DNA of 64,000 nucleotides, taken from assembly GCA_040390065.1 (NCBI GenBank), contig JAZJZE010000009.1:520556-584555 (forward strand), written 5' to 3'. The position numbers and the translations under genes are program-made. Below are positions 35,605 to 44,240 of the stretch, piece after piece. The stretch is from a bacterium (GTDB lineage Archaea; Thermoplasmatota; E2; JACPAO01; JAHFTW01). A model generated the notes under the pieces. The model was not told where the DNA came from. It worked only from the letters and a program-made list of their open reading frames with translations, and ran no database searches. Position 1 is the first letter of the stretch; every line of letters starts with the position of its first letter.

Positions 35605-36597
35605 TTGGGACAGGCTTGGGAACCTTGGGCGGCGGCCGCGTTCGCCCCGATTGCCGTATGGGTCCTGTGGCGGTTGCAGATCCTGTCCGTCGAGCTGCTT
35701 CGCTGGCGCCTCGTCAAACTGGCCGGCTGGCGCGGCACCCGCTGGCTCTACTCCATCGTGTCCTGGTTCGGCGTCTTCCTGCACGAGCTCAGCCACGCAA
35801 GCGTCCTACTCTTGTCCGGCCACGGCGTGAAGCAGTTCCGCGCCGGCGTCGAGCAGGGCCATGTCCTTCCGACGCGCATGCGGCGCGGGCCCATCGCGTT
35901 CCTGTCCTTCCTCCTGGCTGCGCTGGCGCCGCTCTTCATCCCGCCCGCCCTCGTCCTGGGAGGCCTCCTGCTCCTGGTGGACCCCAACCTGCTTGGGCTC
36001 CAAGACGGCGGGGCGGGCCTGCAAGGGGCCGTCGACGTGCTGCGCCATGAGTTCGTGGACTTCCCGGCAGCGCTGGCGCGCGCGCTCGCCGGCCTCGACC
36101 TGGCCGCGTGGCCGCAAGCGGTGGTCTTCGCCCTCGTGCTCGTTGGGATGCCCTCTTCGCGCCCCAGCCACATCAAGGGCAGCCGGTTCCACGGCACCTC
36201 CGACGAAGGCGACGTGGCCGTCTTGCGCTCGCGCATCCGGCAGAACCCCTTCATCTTCATCGCCTTCCTTGCGGTCCTGTACGCGGCATATTTTGCGGCG
36301 ACGGCCGTCGCCGCTGCAAGCCGGCCGTACTGGTTCGCGTTCGAGGTGCTCTGGGCCATCGCGCTCACCGGCATCGTCCTGGCGGTCGCCGGCGCCGTCT
36401 GGTGGACGCTCACGGGCCTGATGGCGCGCACCATCGCGCCGTTCGGTTGGCTAGGCCCCCTCGCGTTTGTGGCCTCCCAGGTCGTCCTGCGCGCACCGCA
36501 CACGCTGTCCGTGGTGCAGGTCAACGGCCTCAGCGTCGCCATCTGGGCCGGCGTGGCCCTGGCCCTCCTCGTGCTCTTGCCACGCCGCCGCGGCTGA
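35605..36597 (+). CDS. Polytopic membrane protein with HExxH motif (putative intramembrane zinc metallopeptidase)
   Basis: ORF of 330 aa with TTG start. FLHELSHASVLL sits in or next to a TM helix, and at least 6 TM segments are present. Family assignment is uncertain. Confidence 0.55.
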   Translation: MGQAWEPWAAAAFAPIAVWVLWRLQILSVELLRWRLVKLAGWRGTRWLYSIVSWFGVFLHELSHASVLLLSGHGVKQFRAGVEQGHVLPTRMRRGPIAFLSFLLAALAPLFIPPALVLGGLLLLVDPNLLGLQDGGAGLQGAVDVLRHEFVDFPAALARALAGLDLAAWPQAVVFALVLVGMPSSRPSHIKGSRFHGTSDEGDVAVLRSRIRQNPFIFIAFLAVLYAAYFAATAVAAASRPYWFAFEVLWAIALTGIVLAVAGAVWWTLTGLMARTIAPFGWLGPLAFVASQVVLRAPHTLSVVQVNGLSVAIWAGVALALLVLLPRRRG

Positions 36598-36641
36598 AGC
36601 GGTTGCAAGGCCTTATTCCGCCAACACCGGTGGACTTCCTG

Positions 36642-37409
36642 ATGGCAGGGCCGCCACTCTTGCCGGGTGAGCACGAGGAGTTGCGGTTGCGCCCTGCCGC
36701 CGCTGGCTGGCTCGGTCGTTACGCCCAGGCGCTGGTTCCGGCAGTCGGCGGCTTGGCGTTCTGGGCCCTCGCGGCGTGGCGCGGTGTCTGGGAGAACCCG
36801 CAGGCCAGCGCCCCCGACTGGCAGTTCTGGCTGCATTTCTGGGGCGACGACCAAGCGCTCGCATTCTACGTCGTCCTCGCCCTCGTGGCGTTCTGTATCG
36901 TGCATTACCTCCTGCGGCGACGCGTGCGCGCCTTCATCGTGGGCACCGCGGCGCTCCTTGCCATCATGGCGGGCTCCTCCATCTTCCGTGGCCTGCACAT
37001 GCCGACGAGCACGGCGCTGCCCATCCTTCTGGCCTGCCTGTCTTTGCCGGCGCTTGCCTGGGCAGAATGGCGTCGCCGCAACACGTGGTACCTGTTCACC
37101 AACCTGCGCTTTGTCGTGCGCACGACGGGCCCGCTGCGGCGCGAGGAGTCGGTGCGCCACCAGGACCTCGTCGACTTGCAGGCCCGCCCCGGCATGGGCG
37201 ACGTGGGCGCCCTGGTCCCGGTCCTCGGCCGCGACGCCGCCGCCTCGGGCGCCGCGGCCCCCCGCCTGCAGGGGATCCGGCCCTTCGCCCGTCTCAAGCC
37301 GTTTGCCGAACTCCTCGTGCAGCGCGCCACCGCAGGCGACTACCTGCGCGCCGAGGAACGGCTCGACCAACGCATCGCCGAAGCCCGCTCCGCGCTGCAA
37401 CGGCGCTAG
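36642..37409 (+). CDS. Membrane protein with bacterial-type PH (bPH_2/YdbS-like) domain
   Basis: In frame with ORF 36108..37409, starting at ATG 36642. LLPGEHEELRLRP is the typical bPH_2 N-terminal motif, followed by TM hairpins and a soluble beta-rich part. Confidence 0.6.
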   Translation: MAGPPLLPGEHEELRLRPAAAGWLGRYAQALVPAVGGLAFWALAAWRGVWENPQASAPDWQFWLHFWGDDQALAFYVVLALVAFCIVHYLLRRRVRAFIVGTAALLAIMAGSSIFRGLHMPTSTALPILLACLSLPALAWAEWRRRNTWYLFTNLRFVVRTTGPLRREESVRHQDLVDLQARPGMGDVGALVPVLGRDAAASGAAAPRLQGIRPFARLKPFAELLVQRATAGDYLRAEERLDQRIAEARSALQRR

Positions 37410-37412
37410 CGC

Positions 37413-37775
37413 ATGCCCCCGGAGGCAAACCCTAAGTGGGGCATCGGAGTCAAGCCACCCGTGCCCTTCTGTCCGAACTGCAAGAAGCTGGTCTACCCGG
37501 TAGCCGGCAAACTGCAGTGCAAGAACCCTGCCTGCGGCTGGACGTCGGAAGGCCCCGGGGCGAGCAACATCCACCGCACCGAGTCCAACGAGGGCAAGCG
37601 CCGTGTCGTCTTGGAGGAGAAGGTCGAGGCCCGCCCGGAGCAGGTGACGACGTGCCCGAAGTGCCAGCACGACAAGGCGTACTTCCACCTCATGCAGACG
37701 CGGCGCTCCGACGAACCGCCCACGCAGATCAACGAGTGCACCAAGTGCGGGCACTCCTGGCGCGACTACGGATGA
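37413..37775 (+). CDS. tfs: Transcription factor S (TFS / RpoM-like transcript cleavage factor)
   Basis: N-terminal Zn ribbon CPNC...CKNPAC. C-terminal ribbon CPKCQHDKAYFHLMQTRRSDEPPTQINECTKCGHSW carries the acidic SDEP loop. Confidence 0.92.
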   Translation: MPPEANPKWGIGVKPPVPFCPNCKKLVYPVAGKLQCKNPACGWTSEGPGASNIHRTESNEGKRRVVLEEKVEARPEQVTTCPKCQHDKAYFHLMQTRRSDEPPTQINECTKCGHSWRDYG

Positions 37776-37789
37776 CCCAAGGCCGCACT

Positions 37790-38335
37790 TCAGCGTGAAC
37801 GCCGCGTGACGCGGCGCGTCGTGGTATGCGTCCGGCGCACGCCCCGCACCGGCCGACGCGAGATGCTCTTGGTCTTGCGGGTCACGACCTGCTTGCGTCC
37901 GCTCGACGTGCGCTGCACGACGGAATCCGTGCGCACGGTGCCTTGGACGATGGAGCCGTCGGGCTGCCTAAGCGCCGAGCGGGCGATGCCGGTGTATTGC
38001 GTGGTGCCAGGCGCGACGGGCGGCAACGTGACGGCCGTCGGCTGCTCCGCTGCGGGCGCTTCCGTCTCGGCCTGTGCCGTGTAGACCCGGCGGCGCGCCG
38101 GCCGCGCGGACGGCCGGTAGGTCTCGACAACGGTCACGCTTGCCGGCGTCGCCCTTTGCGTGTGCCGCTGGTTGGCGGAACGGGCCGTCAGCAGCAGGGC
38201 CGCCACGATGACGAGGCCGACGCCACCAAGGATGTACGGCGCCCATGCGAGACCGGTTTGCATGGCCACGAGGACCACCGCCACGGCGACGAGGGCGATG
38301 CCGAAGAACCAGAGGACACCGCGCGCAAAGCTCAT
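37790..38335 (-). CDS. Hypothetical membrane protein with basic C-terminal tail
   Basis: ORF of 181 aa. Two N-terminal TM helices are followed by a Thr/Arg-rich tail ending RRTHTTTRRVTRRSR. Confidence 0.55.
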   Translation of the reverse strand: MSFARGVLWFFGIALVAVAVVLVAMQTGLAWAPYILGGVGLVIVAALLLTARSANQRHTQRATPASVTVVETYRPSARPARRRVYTAQAETEAPAAEQPTAVTLPPVAPGTTQYTGIARSALRQPDGSIVQGTVRTDSVVQRTSSGRKQVVTRKTKSISRRPVRGVRRTHTTTRRVTRRSR

Positions 38336-38388
38336 GATGGACCCTCGGCGCGCTGCGTTTAATGCGTTTTCCCCGCGTCGCGGCCGAC

Positions 38389-38586
38389 CTATACGTCGCT
38401 TGCGGCCGCGGCAGGCATGGCCGGCGCCGTCGCGGCGGTGGCGGGCACCACGGACAGGCCGTCGCCATCCTCGACGCGCACCAGTCCGCTTTGCTCCGGC
38501 CGCCGGACGTGGTAATGCGCAGCGCCGTACGTGAGGCCGACCCGGGCTGCGATTTCGCCGAGCCTTGCGCCTCGAGGCCGTTTCAT
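38389..38586 (-). CDS. Small helix-turn-helix protein (65 aa)
   Basis: C-terminal part of ORF 38389..38778 from ATG 38586. ARLGEIAARVGLTYGAAHYHVRRPEQSGLVRVED looks like a wHTH. Confidence 0.5.
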   Translation of the reverse strand: MKRPRGARLGEIAARVGLTYGAAHYHVRRPEQSGLVRVEDGDGLSVVPATAATAPAMPAAAASDV

Positions 38587-38604
38587 AACTGCCAGGGTGC
38601 CTGC

Positions 38605-38703
38605 GTCATTTTCCGGCCTTCGCAATCCCGTTGCGGGCGGCCGCCGGCGGGCCGGCAGCCCGCCAAGGCCGCCCGCGACGGGAGTGTGTGGCCGGAAAAT
38701 GAC
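38605..38703 (+). other. 99-nt near-perfect extended hairpin in the 486-bp ORF-free region upstream of pcn
   Basis: Outer stem GTCATTTTCCGGCC / GGCCGGAAAATGAC (14 bp). Middle stem CCCGTTGCGGGCGGCC / GGCCGCCCGCGACGGG (16 bp, one G-U on plus). Apical stem GGCGGGC-CGGCA-GCCCGCC (7 bp). Confidence 0.7.
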
Positions 38704-39072
38704 CCGGAGGGCGCGCCGCTTTACGGCGGATGGCGTCGTCGGAATTGCCTCGGCGTGGCGGTGCCACGTGGTCGGCAACTCCTCCTAGCCCTCCTTGCAA
38801 ACCGGCGCGCGCAGGCTTCCTGGAAGTTATGAAACAGCCTCTACTGTCGCGACGGGGACGACCGCCAGCCTCAGGGTTGCAAGGGCACAGAGGGCCAGGG
38901 TCGCACGGACCATGGAACTGAACCATCCGAATGCGATTCTAAAGGAGTTTGGTCATCCCCTGAGTCGCCCAGCTTGCCCGCGCGGGCCACGGCCTCCATG
39001 TGAAACCATCCCTCGCCTGTTGCTTACGCTTAAGTCCGAACCTCCTTTGGCTCGGCCAATCCCGGTGCGTTC

Positions 39073-39810
39073 ATGTTCAAGGCCAAGGTCAAAGTCGAAG
39101 TCCTCACCACCGTTCTCAATGCCGTGTCGACGTTGGTGGACGAGGCCAAGATCCAGTTGACGCCGGAAGGCCTGAACCTGAAGGCCGTCGACCCCGCCCA
39201 CGTCGCCATGGTCGACCTCAGCCTTGGCAAGAAGGCCTTCGCCGAGTACAAGGCGACGGACATGGACATCGGCGTCGACCTCGACAAGCTGAAGGACATC
39301 CTCAAGCTCGCCGGCGGCCAGGACACCATCGACATCGAGTACAAGGAAGACGCGCACAAGCTGGTCTTCAAGATCGGCCACGTCACGCGCCGCATGTCGC
39401 TCGTCGACACGGCCAACATCAACGACCCGAAAGTGCCAAACCTCAACCTGCCCAACCAAGTCACGGTCCTGGCCCGCGAACTGAAGAACGGCATCCGCGC
39501 CTCGGAGGCCGTCTCCGACCACATCGCCCTCGTGGCGCACGGCAAGTCGTTCGAGCTCCTCGCCGAAGGCGACACGGACCAGGTTCACCTCAAGCTCGAG
39601 GGCGACGATATCATCAAGATCCAGGCGCCGGACAAGTCGCGCAGCCTCTTCTCGCTCGATTACTTCAGCAACATGGCGAAGGTCGTCGGCGACGCAAGCG
39701 CCATCACGCTGCACCTCGGCTCCGACTACCCCGTCCGCATCGAGTTCGACATCGCGGACGGGGCGGGACACATCGTGTACCTTCTGGCGCCGCGTATCGA
39801 GAGCGAATAG
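39073..39810 (+). CDS. pcn: DNA polymerase sliding clamp PCNA
   Basis: ORF of 245 aa. MFKAKV...LNAVSTLVDEAKIQLTPEGLNLKAVDPAHVAMVDL, the two-domain repeat and the C-terminal YLLAPRIESE are typical of archaeal PCNA. Confidence 0.95.
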   Translation: MFKAKVKVEVLTTVLNAVSTLVDEAKIQLTPEGLNLKAVDPAHVAMVDLSLGKKAFAEYKATDMDIGVDLDKLKDILKLAGGQDTIDIEYKEDAHKLVFKIGHVTRRMSLVDTANINDPKVPNLNLPNQVTVLARELKNGIRASEAVSDHIALVAHGKSFELLAEGDTDQVHLKLEGDDIIKIQAPDKSRSLFSLDYFSNMAKVVGDASAITLHLGSDYPVRIEFDIADGAGHIVYLLAPRIESE

Positions 39811-39812
39811 GC

Positions 39813-40196
39813 ATGCGGGCCGCCGCGGGGCTCTGCGTCGTCGCCGCCCTGCTTGTCGCCGGTTGCTCGGGCGGCAGTTCGCCGACCCTGGACCGCACCT
39901 TGCCGGGCGCGGCCCACATTTCCGGCTCCGGGTTCTCAACGAATGTCCAGACGGACCATGTCCAGTGCGCCGCCCACGGGCACATGGATGTCCATACCAA
40001 CGGTTTCGGCACCTTGACCGTGGATTTGCGCGACGCATCCGGTCGCTTGGTCTTCACGGTCACGACCGTAAATCAAGGCGAGACGACCCGTCACGAGGAC
40101 GTCAACGGCACGGCCGGAGTCTGGACGCTGACGGTCGACCCGGGCGCGCCCCACTACCAGGGCGACTTCGACGTCAAGCTCGACTGCAAGGTCTAA
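39813..40196 (+). CDS. Small lipoprotein, paralog 1 of a tandem triplet
   Basis: In frame with ORF 39000..40196. ATG 39813 lies 2 nt after the PCNA stop. MRAAAGLCVVAALLVAGCSGG; ends GVWTLTVDPGAPHYQGDFDVKLDCKV. Confidence 0.7.
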   Translation: MRAAAGLCVVAALLVAGCSGGSSPTLDRTLPGAAHISGSGFSTNVQTDHVQCAAHGHMDVHTNGFGTLTVDLRDASGRLVFTVTTVNQGETTRHEDVNGTAGVWTLTVDPGAPHYQGDFDVKLDCKV

Positions 40197-40246
40197 GCGG
40201 CACGCCGGCCCCCTAGATTCATGAGGCCTCTCACGATGGCGAGGAC

Positions 40247-40657
40247 GTGCGCGCCCTGGCGACCCTGCTCGTGCTATTGTCCGTTGCCGCCTTCACGTCG
40301 GGCTGCGCCTCCCCACAACCCGAGAACCTCTCCGGCCACTACGCCTACATCGACTGGAACGAATCGACCCAGTCGTGCACCAACAACAATTGTGATTACG
40401 GCACGAACAACCGCGTCCTCACCTACAACGTGACCTGCGGACCCGACCCTATCCTCAGTTGGGACCTCAAGAACTGGATCCACGGCTCCATGGTCGTGCG
40501 CGTCCTCGACCCGACCGGCGCGCAGGCGGACAAGCGGACGTTGTCCAGCAACAGCCACGGCTCCGCGCCCATGCACGGCCCGGGAGGTGCGTGGACTCTG
40601 GAAGGCACGAGCCACGACGCCAACGGCAACTTGCAGGTCCGGCTGACCTGCGCGTAG
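40247..40657 (+). CDS. Small lipoprotein, paralog 2
   Basis: ORF of 136 aa (GTG start). MRALATLLVLLSVAAFTSGCAS; ends GAWTLEGTSHDANGNLQVRLTCA. Confidence 0.7.
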   Translation: MRALATLLVLLSVAAFTSGCASPQPENLSGHYAYIDWNESTQSCTNNNCDYGTNNRVLTYNVTCGPDPILSWDLKNWIHGSMVVRVLDPTGAQADKRTLSSNSHGSAPMHGPGGAWTLEGTSHDANGNLQVRLTCA

Positions 40658-40688
40658 GTTCAAGAGACCCTCTCATGATGAGCGGGGC

Positions 40689-41066
40689 ATGCGTGTCGCG
40701 GTCGTCGCCATCGTCGTCCTCCTGGCCGGTTGCTCGGCGCCCCTCCGGCTGCGCATCGACGTCCATGACTCCTACGGTGGCACGACGACGATCAACGGCG
40801 ACGTCCGCTACAACCCGACGGGCCACCAGCAGGACTACACGGCCTCGTGTGGCGGCACCGGCCACCTCAAGGTCGGCCTGTCCGAGTACCATCTGGGCGG
40901 AGCCGCGTTCGTGGCCAAGGACGCCGGCGGCATCGTCCTCGCGGAGATTCACCTCAACCAGGTGGACTCGCAGGAGCGCGACATCTCCGGCGGAGCGGGG
41001 ATGTGGCTGGTCCACGTGGGCCTGGACCGCTTCAACGGCGCCTTCGACTTGCAACTCTCCTGTTGA
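40689..41066 (+). CDS. Small lipoprotein, paralog 3
   Basis: ORF of 125 aa. MRVAVVAIVVLLAGCSAP; ends GMWLVHVGLDRFNGAFDLQLSC. Confidence 0.7.
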   Translation: MRVAVVAIVVLLAGCSAPLRLRIDVHDSYGGTTTINGDVRYNPTGHQQDYTASCGGTGHLKVGLSEYHLGGAAFVAKDAGGIVLAEIHLNQVDSQERDISGGAGMWLVHVGLDRFNGAFDLQLSC

Positions 41067-41107
41067 CCCCCCCAAAGTCTGAAGGGGAAAGCCGGCGTGG
41101 CCCAAGC

Positions 41108-42235
41108 GTGGCCGACCTGGTCCGCCTGGCATTCTACCCGTTCCTGCCGGAGGTGCGGGACGCGGTGCGCGAGGCCGGACCTGACCTGGATGCGGTGCTT
41201 CGTTCGCCCCTGTACCAGGGTGTGCGCAGCCGGGCGGTGCAGCGCGTCGAGGGCGCGCTCGGCGACGGCTTTGGCCCGGCTCAGGTCGTCGACGAACGGA
41301 CCGGGCTCCTCGAACTCCTCTCCATCCCGGTCGCGCGCATGCTCATCGTCCTGCTCGGCGAGAAAGGCGTCGTGCCGCGCTACGCCGCCGCCGAAGCCCG
41401 CCTCGTGCATGACCGCATCGTCGCCGACCACGACGACGAAGCCGTCGTGCAGGCCGCCGCCGCCCTCGGCATCCCGGCCGAGGGAACAGACTCCGTATGG
41501 CGGATGCACTTCTCGGCCTACATCCGCCTGGCTCCCGTGCACTTGCCGCAATGGAAGCTGCTGCGGCGGCCCGTGCAGGCCGGCAACGTGTGGCTGGACC
41601 GCAGTGACATGGCGAGACTCATCGAGGAGGCCTTGAAGCGCCGCATCGCGGACGACCTCGATGCAGAGCGGGCCAAGCCGCTGCCGGAGGAGGTCAAGGC
41701 CGCCCTCGCCCCGTTGGTCGAGCGACTTGCTCCGCGGCTCGAGGAAGCGCGCGAAGCGTGGAGCCAAGGCGACTTCGGTCCCGTCAAGCCCGAGTTGTTC
41801 CCGCCGTGCATCAAGGAGATTTTCGAGTCCCTGAAGCGCAGCGAGAACGTGCCGCACCACGGCCGCTTCGCCTTCGCCACCTTCCTGCACACCGTTGGCT
41901 GGAACTCCGAGGCCATCCTGGATTACCTTGCATCGACGCCGAACTTCGACCGCGAGAAGTCACGCTACCAGATCGAGCACGTGACGGGCGGCAAATCCGT
42001 GCAGGCGTACACGCCACCCGGCTGCGGCACGATGCAGACGAACGGCGTCTGCCCCCTGGCCAAGCGTGACGGCTTGTGCTTCAAGATCAAGCATCCGCTC
42101 AGCTACTACCGGGCGCAACTCAAGTTCAGGGCGCGTGACGAGGAGAAGGCGGCGGCGATTCTGGCTGCGACGACCCCGTCACAACCGCCGATACCGCCGA
42201 TGACGCCGAACGCCGCCTCGGAGGTTAGGCCGTGA
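41108..42235 (+). CDS. priL: DNA primase large (regulatory) subunit PriL
   Basis: In frame with ORF 40847..42235, starting at GTG 41108 (VADLVRLAFYPFLPEV). The C-terminal Fe-S domain has FPPCIKEI...YTPPGCGTMQTNGVCP...DGLCFKIKHPLSYY. Confidence 0.92.
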   Translation: MADLVRLAFYPFLPEVRDAVREAGPDLDAVLRSPLYQGVRSRAVQRVEGALGDGFGPAQVVDERTGLLELLSIPVARMLIVLLGEKGVVPRYAAAEARLVHDRIVADHDDEAVVQAAAALGIPAEGTDSVWRMHFSAYIRLAPVHLPQWKLLRRPVQAGNVWLDRSDMARLIEEALKRRIADDLDAERAKPLPEEVKAALAPLVERLAPRLEEAREAWSQGDFGPVKPELFPPCIKEIFESLKRSENVPHHGRFAFATFLHTVGWNSEAILDYLASTPNFDREKSRYQIEHVTGGKSVQAYTPPGCGTMQTNGVCPLAKRDGLCFKIKHPLSYYRAQLKFRARDEEKAAAILAATTPSQPPIPPMTPNAASEVRP

Positions 42236-42247
42236 CGCCGACGGAAC

Positions 42248-42320
42248 GAACCACTGAAACCACTGAACGCACTGAAACGCCGGACGGTAGTTCAGTGGGT
42301 TCAGTGAGCTCAGTGGTTAG
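42248..42320. repeat. Inverted pair of triple 9-bp repeats (CACTGAA x3 / TTCAGTG x3)
   Basis: CACTGAA at 42253, 42262 and 42271. (T/C)TCAGTG at 42291, 42300 and 42309. The arms can pair over about 24 of 30 positions. It starts 13 nt after the priL stop. Confidence 0.8.
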
Positions 42321-42505
42321 GGCGGCGGTGCCGCGTGGTTGACGCCCCCCGAATCGCCCAGAACACTGAGCGCGTTGAACGTGTCGTGGGTAGCCCAGTG
42401 AAGTCCGTGCGTTCGGTGGCTCGGCCGGGGTCCAGACGGAGCACCGACAGTGGAAAGGGAGGGTTGAGCGTTGTCTCGAGGCCGTATGTTCCGCGGGCGA
42501 CGTTC

Positions 42506-42847
42506 ATGTTGCGGCTGGCCTCCGTACTACTTGCGCTCGTCAGCGTGACTCAGATATTGGTCTCCCTTGCGCGCCTTTTCTCCCTTCGCCCTTGGGCGAT
42601 TGGCTTCTTCATCTCTGGCCTCCTGGCCGGATGCGCGGCGTGGGGCGCCTGGAACAGCAAGGCTTGGGCGCGCTGGGTGAGCTACGCGAGCCTGGCCGTG
42701 GCGGCCGCGGCGACGGCAATTGGTAGCTACGGACAGTCATGGGCCTGGCTGGCCTGGTGGTGGTGGGCCGGGTCGTACCTCTGGCCTGAATTGGCCTTGC
42801 ATGCCGCGATGATCCGTCGCCCCTTGGCCGAGGTGCCGCGTGCCTGA
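42506..42847 (+). CDS. Small Trp-rich membrane protein (113 aa)
   Basis: Within ORF 42335..42847. ATG 42506 gives MLRLASVLLALVSVTQILV, with 3-4 TM segments. It overlaps the priS start by 8 nt. Confidence 0.55.
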   Translation: MLRLASVLLALVSVTQILVSLARLFSLRPWAIGFFISGLLAGCAAWGAWNSKAWARWVSYASLAVAAAATAIGSYGQSWAWLAWWWWAGSYLWPELALHAAMIRRPLAEVPRA

Positions 42848-44216
42848 CGCATCCGATTCGTCGGTGAAATCGGTGGTTCCGCCCGAGGCGAAACCAACCG
42901 CGCCCGAGCAACCTCCAGCTAAACCTCCGCAGCCCACCACGTTCCCCCCCGCCGTCGCGAAGACGATTGACTGGCTGCAAGGCCAATACGCCGATTGGTA
43001 CCGCGACAACCCGCCACCGATGCCGGACCGCTTCACGCGCCGCGAATTCGGTTTCATCCTGTGGCCAGACAAGCCGGGGCCGCCGCCATTTGTCCGGCAC
43101 CGCGCGTACGAGAACGCCGATCGCTTGCATTGGTACTTGCAGAAGCAGGGTCCGCACTCGGCGTACTACTCGACGGCGTACTACCGCCGGCCGGGCGAGA
43201 TGAAGATGCTCGACAAGCAGTGGCTCGGCGCGGAACTCATCTTCGACTTGGACGCCGACCACCTCGTCGAAGCCGAGAAGGCGAAGGCGGAAGGCCACGA
43301 GATGCCGCTGGCCGAGCAGCTCGCACTCGTCAAGACGCAGTTCAAGCGCCTTCTTGACGAATTCCTCTTCGGCGACTTCGGCCTCGGAGAAGACGACGTG
43401 TGGATCACGTTCAGTGGCGGCCGCGGCTACCACGCCCACGTCATCGAGGAGCGCCTCATGCAGTTGGATTCCAAGGCGCGGCGCGAGATCGTCGACTACA
43501 TCACCGGCAAGGTGCCGACGGAGAAGGGCACCGAAAAGCCGGACCTGTCGCTGTTCATCACGGAGACCACCGTTGCCGCGGATTCGTTTGCCGGACGCAC
43601 CAAGAAGCTCACTCAGGAGCGCATGGCGCCGGCGGGGACGCCCGGATGGCCCGGTCGCCTTACGCGCACGCTGGCCCAGACGTTGCGGACGCACGTGCTC
43701 GATGCCGAAAAGAAGGACGCCAAGCGGTGGCTCACCAGCATGGACGGCATCGGCGAAGGCGGGGCCACGAAGTTCATCGAGCGCTTCGATGAGAAGTCCC
43801 TGGCCCGCATCGAGCAAGGGTTCGTCGACCAGGGCCCAGTCATCCGTCGCATCTGTTACCACGTCCTGCAGCAGGCCACGATCCCGATGGCCAAAGGCGA
43901 GACGGACGAGCCCGTCACGGCGGACACGAAGCGCCTCATCCGCCTGCCGGGAAGCCTGCATGGCAAATCGGGGCTCAAGGTCGTGACCTTGCGCCGCGAC
44001 GACTTGGACGCCTTCGAGCCGCTGCGCGACGCGGTCGCGTTCAGCATGGAGCCGACGCGCATCGTGCCCCGCAACGACGCCGAGATGACGCTGGCAGGGG
44101 AACGCGTCGTCGTGAAGAAGGGCGAAGCCGTCGACGTGCCGAAAGCGCACGCCGTCTTCTGGCTGGCGCGCCAAGGCGGGACGATTTTCCAGGAGCAGCC
44201 GTCCACCAACCGTTAA
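42840..44216 (+). CDS. priS: DNA primase small (catalytic) subunit PriS with Pro-rich N-terminal extension
   Basis: ORF of 458 aa (GTG start). The catalytic motifs ELIFDLDADH and ITFSGGRGYHAHV are present, plus RLIRLPGSLHGKSG. Confidence 0.93.
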   Translation: MPDASDSSVKSVVPPEAKPTAPEQPPAKPPQPTTFPPAVAKTIDWLQGQYADWYRDNPPPMPDRFTRREFGFILWPDKPGPPPFVRHRAYENADRLHWYLQKQGPHSAYYSTAYYRRPGEMKMLDKQWLGAELIFDLDADHLVEAEKAKAEGHEMPLAEQLALVKTQFKRLLDEFLFGDFGLGEDDVWITFSGGRGYHAHVIEERLMQLDSKARREIVDYITGKVPTEKGTEKPDLSLFITETTVAADSFAGRTKKLTQERMAPAGTPGWPGRLTRTLAQTLRTHVLDAEKKDAKRWLTSMDGIGEGGATKFIERFDEKSLARIEQGFVDQGPVIRRICYHVLQQATIPMAKGETDEPVTADTKRLIRLPGSLHGKSGLKVVTLRRDDLDAFEPLRDAVAFSMEPTRIVPRNDAEMTLAGERVVVKKGEAVDVPKAHAVFWLARQGGTIFQEQPSTNR

Positions 44217-44240
44217 ACGCCCGGTGCCGCTCAAAGGGTC

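Noticed and set aside
42248-42320. Replication origin (ORB-like CCACTGAAAC arrays next to primase and PCNA genes)
   Set aside because: There is no orc1/cdc6 gene in the window and no AT-rich unwinding element between the arms. Related 9-mer arrays occur at six or more other intergenic sites within 35 kb, too many for origins. I keep it as a repeat finding, not an origin call.
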